Assembly (NCBI GenBank): GCA_000996355.1
Contig: LCAH01000001.1
Coordinates: 18,482 to 82,481 of the forward strand
Source of the DNA: Candidatus Uhrbacteria bacterium GW2011_GWC2_41_11
Lineage (GTDB): Bacteria; Patescibacteriota; Patescibacteriia; UBA9934; GWF2-40-263
Length of the DNA stretch: 64,000 nt
Direction: 5' to 3'
The position numbers and the translations under genes were made by a program. This document shows, in pieces, positions 46,363 through 57,714 of the stretch. The notes under the pieces are model-generated. The model searched no databases and was not told the DNA's origin. It was given only the letters and a program-made list of their open reading frames with translations. Position 1 is the first letter of the stretch. Each line of letters opens with the position of its first letter.

Positions 46363-47253
46363 TTATTCCTCTGCTGATTTTTTTTGTCGATTTTCCTTGA
46401 GACTCTGGTAGAGTAATCCGTCCGTAGTGAGCATGAGTGGATTGGCAAAAATGGCGCCGGTCGATACGATGATCGTTGCAAGGATTCCTGTTAATCGAAC
46501 CGCAAGATCTTGATTTAAACCAACGGCATTTGAGACAAGAAATTCTGCCGCATAGCTTAAAACACCTTCTGCCGCGACGACAATGAGGAGGAAAATAATT
46601 TTAGGAACAGCCATTCGGATAAGAATTCCCCAAAACCGTCCGTCGATGAGTTCCCGACTACGGCGGAGAGCTTTTCGACCGTGATGATCTTCAAATAATA
46701 AAGCAAATGGTGCGTACGTATAATAAATCAACCAACGAACAGTAAGAATACAAGCAACAACCACCCCGATAGTAAGCAAGACATTTCCAAGAGTAATAAG
46801 GGCATCATTTGTTACTGTTGTACCAAGAATTCCTAAACCAAATCCTGGAAGGGTAAGAATCCATGGAACAATAAGGACACATCCCAAAAGAAGATTGATG
46901 AAGACAAGAGACCAGAAAAATTTTTTCGAGATGTGAAATAATTCATTCAAGCTTATTTTCGTTTTTTCAAACTGGCTTCGTATGAGACGAACAAGACCAA
47001 TAAAAACGAAAATACCAACAATGGGAGTAATAAGACCTGTATTGATAAGCCAAAGAGCAACAGCAAACGTTTCACTTTGAGTAAGAGCACGTTCTGAAAG
47101 AAGAGTTGAGGCATTTGGATAAATAGCAAGGGAAATAATTCCAAAAATAGTTGGAATAAATAACAAACAGGAAATACTCATGACTTCCACAAAATGTTTT
47201 CGAAAGTGTTCCCAGGAATGGTCGATGAGTTGGCCAACGGAAATGAGGGGCAT
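46363..47253 (-). CDS. polytopic membrane protein (paralog 2)
   Basis: 296 aa. 'SWEHFRKHF' and 'SRELIDGRFWG' are parallel to paralog 1. Confidence 0.5.
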   Translation of the reverse strand: MPLISVGQLIDHSWEHFRKHFVEVMSISCLLFIPTIFGIISLAIYPNASTLLSERALTQSETFAVALWLINTGLITPIVGIFVFIGLVRLIRSQFEKTKISLNELFHISKKFFWSLVFINLLLGCVLIVPWILTLPGFGLGILGTTVTNDALITLGNVLLTIGVVVACILTVRWLIYYTYAPFALLFEDHHGRKALRRSRELIDGRFWGILIRMAVPKIIFLLIVVAAEGVLSYAAEFLVSNAVGLNQDLAVRLTGILATIIVSTGAIFANPLMLTTDGLLYQSLKENRQKKSAEE

Positions 47254-47311
47254 AGGGAATGGTTAGGAGATAGGAGTAGATGTGAGGGATTAGGAGTTGG
47301 GCAAGAGACGT

Positions 47312-48001
47312 TTATTTAAAAAATGGTGAAACAAGGTTCCAAATTTGTTCATGGATTTCATCTCGAGAAAGCATCGCACCACTTTTTACACATTCCATGA
47401 GAGGATATTGAGGAAATCGTGAAGCTAAATGGAGATAGGCTTGTTCTGCTTGCTCAAGATGTTTTTGATTTTCTTCATGAATATCTCGCGTCATGCCATT
47501 TTTTATTCCTTCTTGTTCCGTACGTGTTCGAATGAGATCAATTGCAAAGGACGTTGGAACATGGAGGATAATATTGAGATCAGGGCGGGGAATATGAAAG
47601 AGATTAAATTCGAGATCATCAACCCAGGAAAAAAATGTTTCACGCTCATTGGTATCCGTAATTTTTCCTCCCTGATGTCCCATATTTGAACCAACATAGC
47701 GATCCGCAAGAACATGAATGCCATTTTCTAACCATGTACGTATTTGGTGGGATGCGTCATAACGATCAACAGCATAAAAAATAGATGACACATATGGTCC
47801 AACTTCGTGAGCTGTTCCATATTTGCCGGATAAATATTCTTCTGTTGGTCCTGCATTTTTTTTTCCATATTGAGGGAAAGAAATCGTTTCAAATGGAATT
47901 TTTTGCAACGCCAATCGTTTTTTCAAAAGATCAAATTGTGTTTTTTTTCCTGACCCATCTGTTCCGTCAATGACAATGAGAGAACCTTTATTTACAGACA
48001 T
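47312..48001 (-). CDS. tmk: thymidylate kinase
   Basis: 'LIVIDGTDGSGKKTQ' P-loop. Start taken at the internal ATG (48001); ORF extends to 48100. Confidence 0.75.
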   Translation of the reverse strand: MSVNKGSLIVIDGTDGSGKKTQFDLLKKRLALQKIPFETISFPQYGKKNAGPTEEYLSGKYGTAHEVGPYVSSIFYAVDRYDASHQIRTWLENGIHVLADRYVGSNMGHQGGKITDTNERETFFSWVDDLEFNLFHIPRPDLNIILHVPTSFAIDLIRTRTEQEGIKNGMTRDIHEENQKHLEQAEQAYLHLASRFPQYPLMECVKSGAMLSRDEIHEQIWNLVSPFFK

Positions 48002-48026
48002 ACTCCCTATTATTATAGCAATTTTT

Positions 48027-48464
48027 TTAAATGAAACCAGTGGAACCAAATCCTCCACGGTTTGGTTGTGCGAGTATTTGTCCTTCTTCAAATTGGGCAT
48101 GAGCGACAGGGACGAGAAATCCTTGAGCTAAACGTTCTCCTTTTTCAATATGATAGGTTTGTGTACCGAAATTATGCAATGCAAGACGCAATTCATCTTC
48201 AGGTCCGCAATAATCCTGATCAACGACCCCAATACCATTGCCAAGACGAATGCCTTTTTTGGCGTTTGAAGATCGTGGGGCGAGAATAATGGCATATCCT
48301 TCTGGAACACAGATAACAAGACCTGTTCGAAGCATTTTTGTTTCTCCTGGAGTAAGATCAGTTTCTTCAAAAACAGCAAGATCAAATGCAACCGCTCCGG
48401 GTGTTTTATACACAGGGAAAGGAACCTCCGGATCAAGTCGACGGATAATACATGGAATGTTCAT
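48027..48464 (-). CDS. dut: dUTP diphosphatase
   Basis: 'GAVAFDLA', 'RSSNAKKGIRLGNGIGVVDQDY' dUTPase motifs. Confidence 0.85.
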   Translation of the reverse strand: MNIPCIIRRLDPEVPFPVYKTPGAVAFDLAVFEETDLTPGETKMLRTGLVICVPEGYAIILAPRSSNAKKGIRLGNGIGVVDQDYCGPEDELRLALHNFGTQTYHIEKGERLAQGFLVPVAHAQFEEGQILAQPNRGGFGSTGFI

Positions 48465-48572
48465 AGATTCTCATTTTGCCTCATTTTTAGAGGTTTTATT
48501 TATCTTTATTCTAACGGAAAAAGATGTCTCTGGAAACCAATGCCTATTCTCTGATAAGGTGAAGAGGATTCT

Positions 48573-49412
48573 ATGACACCATTTGACCTCCAATATAAAC
48601 AAGCCATTCGAGATATTATGGATCATGGGTATGATGTTCCCAATCCGTGGTCTGGTCGAACACCCCGTATGTTACCAGGAGTGACATTGCGTGTTGATTT
48701 GAATGAGGGTTTTCCTTTGCTTACATTACGTAAAATTCCTTTGAAACTGTTTGTAGCCGAGCAAATTTGGTTTTTAATGGGAGAGAATAATCCAAAATGG
48801 CTTCAGTCGTTTACCAAGATTTGGGATGATTTTTTGGAAGAAGACGGGACGATTCAGGCTGCATACGGATATCGATGGCGACATCATTTTGGGCGGGATC
48901 AAATGGATGCATTGATTACGCATTTAACGGAAAACCCTCATTCTCGTCATGCAGTCATTGTGACATGGGATCCGTCTTCCGACGGGCTTGGAGTTGATTC
49001 GAAAAAGAATCTTCCGTGTCCATACACATTTACGGTAAACATCGCAGGAGGTCAGCTCCATCTTCATAACATCATTCGCAGCAATGATATGATGCTTGGT
49101 TGTCCGCACGATGTGGCTGGGTTTGCTCTTCTTCAATGTATTTTAGCTGAACGTCTCGGAGTGTGTCCTGGTATTTATACGCATTCTATTAGTAATGCGC
49201 ATATTTATGATAATCATTTTGCCGCCGCTCGCGAACTATTGGAACGAGAGAATGACCATCCGCCTGTCTCCTGTGTTGTTCCGATTGGAGCGTATGATCG
49301 TGCTAAACAAGGGGATGAAACACTTGTGAATGAATTATATCGACAATTGCAGACTCAGTATGTTCCAATGCTGCCTATTCCAGGAATGGAAATTACTGTG
49401 AATGTCTATTAG
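48573..49412 (+). CDS. thyA: thymidylate synthase (ThyA type)
   Basis: 'GFPLLTLRKIPLKLFVAEQIWFLMGENN', catalytic 'LPCPYTF', 'RSNDMMLGCPHDVAGFALL'. Confidence 0.9.
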   Translation: MTPFDLQYKQAIRDIMDHGYDVPNPWSGRTPRMLPGVTLRVDLNEGFPLLTLRKIPLKLFVAEQIWFLMGENNPKWLQSFTKIWDDFLEEDGTIQAAYGYRWRHHFGRDQMDALITHLTENPHSRHAVIVTWDPSSDGLGVDSKKNLPCPYTFTVNIAGGQLHLHNIIRSNDMMLGCPHDVAGFALLQCILAERLGVCPGIYTHSISNAHIYDNHFAAARELLERENDHPPVSCVVPIGAYDRAKQGDETLVNELYRQLQTQYVPMLPIPGMEITVNVY

Positions 49413-49431
49413 GTATACGTGAGAATTTTTT

Positions 49432-49938
49432 ATGCGTATCGTACTTATTGCTGCGATTTCTGTTGATGGAAAAATAGCAGAAAAAAAAGAACAGTCCTCG
49501 TTAGACTGGACTTCCAGGGAAGATGTTCAGTTTTTTATTCGTAAAACAAAGGAATTAGGGACTGTTGTCATGGGTCGTAAGACATTTGAAACCATCGGTC
49601 ATGCCTTGCGTGATCGTCGAACGATTGTGATGACGCACCATATTCCTGAACAAACAGTTCCTGGTGTGGAATGGACAAATGAATCTCTATCTACGCTTGT
49701 TCATCGTTTGGAAAAAGAAGGAGTAGCGTCATTGGCAGTGATTGGTGGTTCAACGGTTTATTCAGAGTTTTTGAATGCTGGACTTATTCAAGAACTGTAT
49801 CTTACAGTCGAACCTATTTTGTTTGGATCTGGGGTTCCACTCGCTTCTGAAACTGGACGCATACATTTAGAACTTCTTGAAACAGAATTACTTGGTTCTG
49901 GTTCTGTATTGTTTCATTATCAAACTTTGTCTTCTTAG
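49432..49938 (+). CDS. folA: dihydrofolate reductase
   Basis: 'MRIVLIAAISVDGKI', 'VVMGRKTFETIG', 'VIGGSTVY' DHFR motifs. Confidence 0.85.
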   Translation: MRIVLIAAISVDGKIAEKKEQSSLDWTSREDVQFFIRKTKELGTVVMGRKTFETIGHALRDRRTIVMTHHIPEQTVPGVEWTNESLSTLVHRLEKEGVASLAVIGGSTVYSEFLNAGLIQELYLTVEPILFGSGVPLASETGRIHLELLETELLGSGSVLFHYQTLSS

Positions 49939-49952
49939 AAGATTATTTTTTT

Positions 49953-50867
49953 ATGAATGATATTGCATATCCATACCTTCCTCCTGATCGAGGTTTTTCT
50001 TATATCTCTGAGGAAAATCCATTTATGCAAGAAGCAAAGCACGCGCGTCAAACGCTTGCAGGAGACTCAATTTTTCCGGTTGGAACAGTTTTAGTTCGTG
50101 ATGGAGAAATTTTAGCCAGAGCAGGGAATGGATATAATCGTGGATCAATTGTTCGTCATATTTGTCCAAGAGTGGTTTTCGAATGCCCAAGTGGACAAGG
50201 ATATGATTTGTGTCATTTTCATGATCCAGACGGACATGCAGAACAAATGGTTATCAAAAAAGCCCGAGAATCTGGGATTGATCCGATTGATGCAGATATT
50301 TATACGTACGGCCATTGGTGGGCGTGTGAATCCTGTTGGAATGTGATGATGGAGGCAGGAATAAAAAATGTCTATGTTTTGGAAGATGCTCATGAACGTT
50401 TTACTCGTGAAAAAGTGTATGCAGAAGTTATAAAATCAACTGTTCGTCATGCCTATATTTCTGGAGCTCTTTCAGGACTTCCAGATGAAATGAAATCGAC
50501 TCAAAAACGTTTGTACGAATTATTAGCTGATGTTTGTACAGAGGTCGGATGTGAGGCGTATGTTCCACACTTGCATACAGATCCAGAAGAACATCCGGAC
50601 GCTTCAGCTTCAGAAGTGTATGCAATTGATATGGACAAAGTCGCAACACGTGATGTCGTTATTGCCGAGGTATCCTATCCTTCATTTGGTGTCGGAGGAG
50701 AATTAGTACAAGCGTTTGTGAACGAAAAGAAAATTGTGCTTCTTTCGAAAAAAGGAATGCGTATTTCTCGATTTGTATTAGGAAATCCGGCTGTGGTGTA
50801 TCACATCGAATATGAAGATGAGACACAAGCGTGTCGGATGTTGAAAAATGTATTGAAACAAATTTAA
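49953..50867 (+). CDS. dCMP/cytidine deaminase domain fused to a nucleoside 2-deoxyribosyltransferase/DNPH1-like domain
   Basis: N-terminal half carries the zinc-binding motifs 'HAEQ' and 'CESC'. C-terminal half carries 'YISGAL..D..VIAEVSYPSFGVGGEL' resembling the N-deoxyribosyltransferase fold. Domain assignment by motif only. Confidence 0.55.
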   Translation: MNDIAYPYLPPDRGFSYISEENPFMQEAKHARQTLAGDSIFPVGTVLVRDGEILARAGNGYNRGSIVRHICPRVVFECPSGQGYDLCHFHDPDGHAEQMVIKKARESGIDPIDADIYTYGHWWACESCWNVMMEAGIKNVYVLEDAHERFTREKVYAEVIKSTVRHAYISGALSGLPDEMKSTQKRLYELLADVCTEVGCEAYVPHLHTDPEEHPDASASEVYAIDMDKVATRDVVIAEVSYPSFGVGGELVQAFVNEKKIVLLSKKGMRISRFVLGNPAVVYHIEYEDETQACRMLKNVLKQI

Positions 50868-51526
50868 TTTGAAAGACCAAACTGTTTTTTCAGTTCATCC
50901 ATACGACCTTGAATGAGTAACCGGCGTTCTTCTTCTTTATCAAGTTGAAATGTCGGTGATGATATTCCGCTATATTTGGCTTTGCTTAATCCATGTAGAC
51001 AAGCTTCTTCTTCTGTGATTGGGGAAGAGAGCTCCTGAAAAAGAATCTGACAAATACGTTCTCCAGGATACACACGCAGGACTTGGTTTCCTGCTTCATT
51101 TTTCATGGGGAAAATAAGATGGCCTTTATATCCCGCATCAATAATGCCTGAAAGGGAAAGATCAATACCGCGTCGGTTGGTAGAGGTACGAGGAAAAAGA
51201 ACAGCCATGAGATTTGGTGCGCGCATTTCGATGTGTTCCAAAGAAGTTGCGATAACAAATTCATTGGGGAGGATTTCAAAAAATTGTCCGGGTTTGAGAC
51301 AGACTTCATCAAATTGTTCCTGTGCACTAATCGTTTCATCAATAGAAACCGTAATGGCTCGTCTTCCTGTTTTATCAAGTGCCCAATTTCGGGGAATAAA
51401 AAAATGAAACCCAAGGCGAAGATCCACAGCATGCGGTTGCAATTGGAATTGATCAACCATGGGATCAAAATCAATCAATCCGTGTTGCATTGCTTGAAGA
51501 ATTTCTGGGCGAGTGAGAACAGCCAT
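50864..51526 (-). CDS. dcd: dCTP deaminase-like (dUTPase superfamily)
   Basis: 'PRTSTNRRGIDLSLSGIIDAGYKGHLIFPMKN' resembles the dCTP deaminase core. Confidence 0.55.
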   Translation of the reverse strand: MAVLTRPEILQAMQHGLIDFDPMVDQFQLQPHAVDLRLGFHFFIPRNWALDKTGRRAITVSIDETISAQEQFDEVCLKPGQFFEILPNEFVIATSLEHIEMRAPNLMAVLFPRTSTNRRGIDLSLSGIIDAGYKGHLIFPMKNEAGNQVLRVYPGERICQILFQELSSPITEEEACLHGLSKAKYSGISSPTFQLDKEEERRLLIQGRMDELKKQFGLSN

Positions 51527-51593
51527 AATACGTTTAGATTACCTTACTATTTTAGAAAAAGAAAAGCCGTCCAAAGACGGGTGCTTTGAACGG

Positions 51594-52028
51594 CTATGAT
51601 AAGAGACGTTTTCCAAGGGCAAGCTGTATTAACCAGTGAAGATCTTGAAGATCATTATCTTGGGCTGTCTGAGCAAACACAAGGGCAAGATGTTTCGCTT
51701 CCTTCACGTCTCCATGGTGAAGAAAAGTCAAAATGCGTAGTTTCAGAAGAGATGGGTGGCATACTCTTGGATGTATATAAGCCAGACGTTCTGCACGCAT
51801 CTTGGCTTTTTCTTGTTCTCCAATCGTGAGATATGCCCAGATTGCATTTGTGTCGCGATCCATGCCGTGACGTCCAAGGAAGATGGGAGCATCTTCCAAA
51901 ATACGTTTAGCAAGACCTTTACCATCACTATCTGAATTTGCATCATCTGCCATAGCGATATTTTCTGTGAGAGTTTCCGCAATCCAGCGTATCGGGGGCG
52001 TTGGCAGATGTTCCATTTTCACCTCCAA
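51594..52028 (-). CDS. hypothetical protein (144 aa)
   Basis: ORF with no motif, upstream of dcd on the same strand. Confidence 0.4.
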   Translation of the reverse strand: MEVKMEHLPTPPIRWIAETLTENIAMADDANSDSDGKGLAKRILEDAPIFLGRHGMDRDTNAIWAYLTIGEQEKAKMRAERLAYIHPRVCHPSLLKLRILTFLHHGDVKEAKHLALVFAQTAQDNDLQDLHWLIQLALGKRLLS

Positions 52029-52107
52029 ATATGAGACATGTCAGAAATTTTTTAAAAGAACAACGACATAGATGCTAGGACGAATCTGTTTGTCTGTCAA
52101 TACAAAA

Positions 52108-52135
52108 ACTGCCAGACGTATGTAGGCAGTTTTTG
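52108..52135. terminator. hairpin terminator (ACTGCC/GGCAGT) downstream of rplA
   Basis: 6 bp stem with an 11 nt loop, T-run on the plus side and a shorter one on the minus side. Confidence 0.4.
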
Positions 52136-52154
52136 TGTGGTCTAAAAAATTTTT

Positions 52155-52838
52155 TTAGATTGGAATTTCGATATGAATTCCAGGACCCATAGTTGAACAG
52201 ATGACGGCATTGCGAATATAAATTCCTTTCGAAGCAGCTGGTTTATTTTTTCGAACTATTTCAACAAGAGCAAGAAGATTTTCTTTTAATTTGGGGATTT
52301 CGAATGACACACGACCAAATGTTTGGTGCACATTGCCTGTATCATCGTTCTTGAAGCTAATTTTTCCCGCTTTTTGTTCTTGAATCATTTTTGTCACGTT
52401 TGCGCCAATGGTATCTGTTTTTGGATTTGGCATCAGACCGCGCGGACCGAGGATTTTTGCCAGTTTCGCAAGTTTTGACATCATACCGGGAGTCGCGACT
52501 GCCACATCAAATTCAATGTGTTCCGTTTTCACCAATTGACCAATCAATTCTTCGCCACCGACGACATCTGCACCTGCCGCTTTTGCATCCGCTTCTTTTT
52601 CCGCTTCCACAAATGCCGCAACACGTTTTGTTCGACCTGTTCCATGTGGAAGACTCACTGTTCCGCGAACTTGTTGGTCGCCTTTGGTTGGATCAATACC
52701 GAGGTGAAGATGAAGTTCAACAGATGCATCAAACTTTTGAACAGAGCTCTGTTTGAGAAGAGTTAATGCTTCTTCAATCGGATAAACGCGTTTTGTATCA
52801 ATGAGTTTTTTTGCCTCCTGGTAACGTTTGCTTGGCAT
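52155..52838 (-). CDS. rplA: 50S ribosomal protein L1
   Basis: '[29 protein letters not shown]' L1 N-terminus. Start taken at the ATG at 52838; the track's GTG at 52880 is an alternative. Confidence 0.85.
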   Translation of the reverse strand: MPSKRYQEAKKLIDTKRVYPIEEALTLLKQSSVQKFDASVELHLHLGIDPTKGDQQVRGTVSLPHGTGRTKRVAAFVEAEKEADAKAAGADVVGGEELIGQLVKTEHIEFDVAVATPGMMSKLAKLAKILGPRGLMPNPKTDTIGANVTKMIQEQKAGKISFKNDDTGNVHQTFGRVSFEIPKLKENLLALVEIVRKNKPAASKGIYIRNAVICSTMGPGIHIEIPI

Positions 52839-52892
52839 AGAAATAACGTGGTTATAACGCTCTTTTTTGTGAGCTCCCACCTAGATAAAAAA

Positions 52893-53243
52893 TTAGGCAT
52901 TTTTTTCCTCTTGTTCTTCGGTCCAGTCGCGATAGACTACGCGCCAATGAAGCCAGAACAAGGGAGCAGCAACAAGAATCATCGCAATGTCACGCACAGC
53001 AGATTGTTGCTTGCGAACATGTGCACTTTTGATTTCATCTGTTTTCTGAATGTCACATGCTTCTTTGGTCTGTATCGTATTGTCGCAATAGGATGGATAT
53101 TCAGGCGCATCTGCTGCGGAAAAAACAAAGGTACGCAACGTAATATTTAAGAGATCAGAAACAGAGAAAATAAGCATCATGAGTGTCACGAACGTCACAA
53201 GGACGAAATAGATACGCAAGATGACAGATCCACCTTTTGTCAT
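52893..53243 (-). CDS. hypothetical 2-TM membrane protein inserted between rplK and rplA
   Basis: 116 aa ORF filling the whole ~350 nt rplK-rplA gap. Two hydrophobic helices. No RBS seen. Confidence 0.35.
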   Translation of the reverse strand: MTKGGSVILRIYFVLVTFVTLMMLIFSVSDLLNITLRTFVFSAADAPEYPSYCDNTIQTKEACDIQKTDEIKSAHVRKQQSAVRDIAMILVAAPLFWLHWRVVYRDWTEEQEEKNA

Positions 53244-53251
53244 AGGAAAAT

Positions 53252-53674
53252 TTATTTAATTTCAACTCCCATTTGACGAGCGGTTCCAGCAATAATTTTC
53301 ATAGCCTGTTCCACATCTGTGGTATTCAAATCCGGAAGTTTCTTTTCCGCAATTTCTCGTAATTGAGCCTGTGTGAGGTTTCCTTTTTTTTCCTGAAGAG
53401 GTTTTGCCGAACCTTTGTCTAAACCAGCTGCTTTTTTAATCAATTCTGAAGCAGGAGCGATTTTCGTGATAAAATCGAAGGTTCGATCTTCGTATACATT
53501 AATGATCACTGGAACAACTTCTCCAAGACGGCTCTGAGTGGCTGCATTGAATTTTGTAACGAAATCCTGAATGTTCAAACCATGTTGACCAAGGGCAGGA
53601 CCGACTGGTGGAGCGGGAGTTGCTTTTCCTCCGGAAATTTGGAGTTTTATTTGGGTGGTTAATTTTTTGGCCAT
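53252..53674 (-). CDS. rplK: 50S ribosomal protein L11
   Basis: '[35 protein letters not shown]' L11 signature. Confidence 0.9.
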   Translation of the reverse strand: MAKKLTTQIKLQISGGKATPAPPVGPALGQHGLNIQDFVTKFNAATQSRLGEVVPVIINVYEDRTFDFITKIAPASELIKKAAGLDKGSAKPLQEKKGNLTQAQLREIAEKKLPDLNTTDVEQAMKIIAGTARQMGVEIK

Positions 53675-53739
53675 AGCGTTTTGTTTAATGGATTCTTTCG
53701 TCCATAGGCGAAAGTAACCATGCTATGAATTAAAAGTGG

Positions 53740-54285
53740 CTAGATTTTTTTTACCTGTAAGAAATCCAATTCCACAGGTGTTTCTCGACCAAACATATTG
53801 ACCAATACTTTTACCTTTCCGCGTGCGTGGTCAATTTCAGAAACTTTTCCTTCGAAATTTTTGAATGGTCCATCGGTAATCTGAACAGGGGATCCGGGTT
53901 CGACATCCAATTTGTATTCTGGTTCTGACAATCCCATGCGTTTTTGAAGTGCTGTGATTTCTTCTTCGGAAACAGGTGTTGGTGTTGTTCCAGTTCCAAT
54001 AAAACCTGTGACATTTGGCGTGTTACGAACAACATACCAAGAGTCATCTGTGACAATCATTTCAATGAGAACATATCCAGGAAAAACTTTTTCTTCTGTG
54101 ACACGCCGCTTTCCATTTTTAATTTTGATTTTTTTCTCTTTTGGAACTAGAACATTGAATATTTTATCTTCCATGTCCATCGTATCAATACGTTGGTGGA
54201 GGTTTTCCGCAACGTTTTCTTCGTAACCGGAATACGTATGAATGGCATACCACCGGCGACCATGTTTGGCTATTTGTTTTGGCAT
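53740..54285 (-). CDS. nusG: transcription termination/antitermination factor NusG
   Basis: 'WYAIHTYSGYEENV' NGN domain and KOW motif 'GSPVQITDGPFKNFEGKV'. Confidence 0.9.
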   Translation of the reverse strand: MPKQIAKHGRRWYAIHTYSGYEENVAENLHQRIDTMDMEDKIFNVLVPKEKKIKIKNGKRRVTEEKVFPGYVLIEMIVTDDSWYVVRNTPNVTGFIGTGTTPTPVSEEEITALQKRMGLSEPEYKLDVEPGSPVQITDGPFKNFEGKVSEIDHARGKVKVLVNMFGRETPVELDFLQVKKI

Positions 54286-54298
54286 AGCTTGCCTATTT

Positions 54299-54514
54299 TT
54301 AAGAAGCGAGGTCGATGAGTTTATTTAATCCCAAGGTAAATGTCCAATCAAGAAAGGCAATGAATGCGGCAAGAATCGTACACCCTATGATAATGAGAAG
54401 AGAGTAACGAAATGTTTCCTTGCGTGAAGGCCAGGTGACTTTACTGAATTCTTCTTTAGATTCCCGGAGATAGGTGAGAAGATTGAACCGTTTTTGAGTG
54501 GTTTCTTGTGTCAT
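54299..54514 (-). CDS. secE: preprotein translocase subunit SecE
   Basis: 71 aa; 'ESKEEFSKVTWPSRKET' followed by a single TM. Conserved position before nusG. Confidence 0.8.
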   Translation of the reverse strand: MTQETTQKRFNLLTYLRESKEEFSKVTWPSRKETFRYSLLIIIGCTILAAFIAFLDWTFTLGLNKLIDLAS

Positions 54515-54609
54515 ATGTGTTCAATAACCGGTTTTTAACAGAAAAGTCTTTCTTTAGTTTAGAACAAATTTTTCTATTTTAAAACCCCCGTCGGGGGTTC
54601 AATAGCTCT

Positions 54610-54638
54610 ATTAAATCATATATGTGGCTGATTGGCAA
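54610..54638 (-). promoter_or_regulatory. candidate promoter TTGCCA-17-TTTAAT for secE-nusG-rplK operon
   Basis: On the minus strand: -35 TTGCCA (54633-54638) and -10 TTTAAT (54610-54615), followed by a GC hairpin (54586-54600). Confidence 0.3.
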
Positions 54639-54649
54639 GAGAAAAATGA

Positions 54650-54689
54650 CAAAAAAAGAAAAAACGGGTTAAAAACCCGTTTTTTCTTT
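54650..54689. terminator. bidirectional hairpin terminator (AACGGGTT/AACCCGTT) after gyrB
   Basis: Perfect 8 bp stem with A/T runs on both sides, immediately after the gyrB stop (minus strand). Confidence 0.55.
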
Positions 54690-56732
<2,043 letters not shown>

Positions 56733-56770
56733 TCACGGTACAAGAATACCATATCGTTTCTGTTCTATCC

Positions 56771-57712
56771 ATGTATTCCATGGATCCGTGTCCTTCGAAT
56801 CGTTATCTGGGTTTGGTATACTGGTGCGGTATGGCAAATGGGTTGTTGCGTGAAGAAGAAAAGGAATTTAAGACGTTTTATAAACGTGCCCTCTGGTGGG
56901 TGGAACATCGGGAAATATTGAAACAGATCGGACTGATTTTTTGGATGATCTGTGATGCTATTTTGATTATCTACGCGTCCTGGGGATTGATAGACGGATT
57001 TGTTTTGAATAGTGATTCTGAAAATCGATATGTTGCAACAGCCGCTATTGTTGGACAAACAGATTTGCATGCCTTTACAAGAGCGCATGCTGCCAAACCA
57101 ATTGGAGTGGGAGAAACATCTGTTTTTCCTCTGAGTGATCGTCGATATGATTTTTATACGTCCATCTCTAATCCAAATACGAGTTGGTATGCAGATTTTG
57201 AATATACGTTTTCTTTCAAAGACGGGGAGACAACAACACAAAACGGATTTCTCCTTCCTGGGGAAGAGAAGCCGCTTGTTTTTCTTGCTCATACAGCACC
57301 AACTCGTCCAATGTCGGCAGGTGTGCGTCTTTCAAATGTTCATTGGCATCGAATCGACCGTCATGTGATTCCAGATTATGAACAATGGTATGCAGATCGA
57401 ATGAATTTTTCTTTTCAAAATATTTTATTTACCAAAGATTTGCAGGTGGATAGTCAGACCATTGGTCAGGCAAGTTTTGAGGTAAAAAATCGTTCGGCTT
57501 TCAGTTTTTGGGAACCGAATTTTTTTATTCTTCTTTTACGCGGTAATAGCGTTGTCGGAGTCACTCGAACCACCCTGGAACAATTCAAGACCGGAGAGAT
57601 GCGAGAGGTAAAAGTGAATTGGTTTGGTCCTTTGCCTGCGGTCTCTAAAGTGGAAGTGATTGCGGAAATGAATCCGTTTGATAAAGATGTGTTCATGTCA
57701 CTCGGAAAATAA
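56771..57712 (+). CDS. hypothetical membrane-anchored protein (313 aa; start uncertain)
   Basis: One TM (IGLIFWMICDAILIIYASW) followed by a soluble domain. No motif. Confidence 0.45.
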   Translation: MYSMDPCPSNRYLGLVYWCGMANGLLREEEKEFKTFYKRALWWVEHREILKQIGLIFWMICDAILIIYASWGLIDGFVLNSDSENRYVATAAIVGQTDLHAFTRAHAAKPIGVGETSVFPLSDRRYDFYTSISNPNTSWYADFEYTFSFKDGETTTQNGFLLPGEEKPLVFLAHTAPTRPMSAGVRLSNVHWHRIDRHVIPDYEQWYADRMNFSFQNILFTKDLQVDSQTIGQASFEVKNRSAFSFWEPNFFILLLRGNSVVGVTRTTLEQFKTGEMREVKVNWFGPLPAVSKVEVIAEMNPFDKDVFMSLGK

Positions 57713-57714
57713 AC

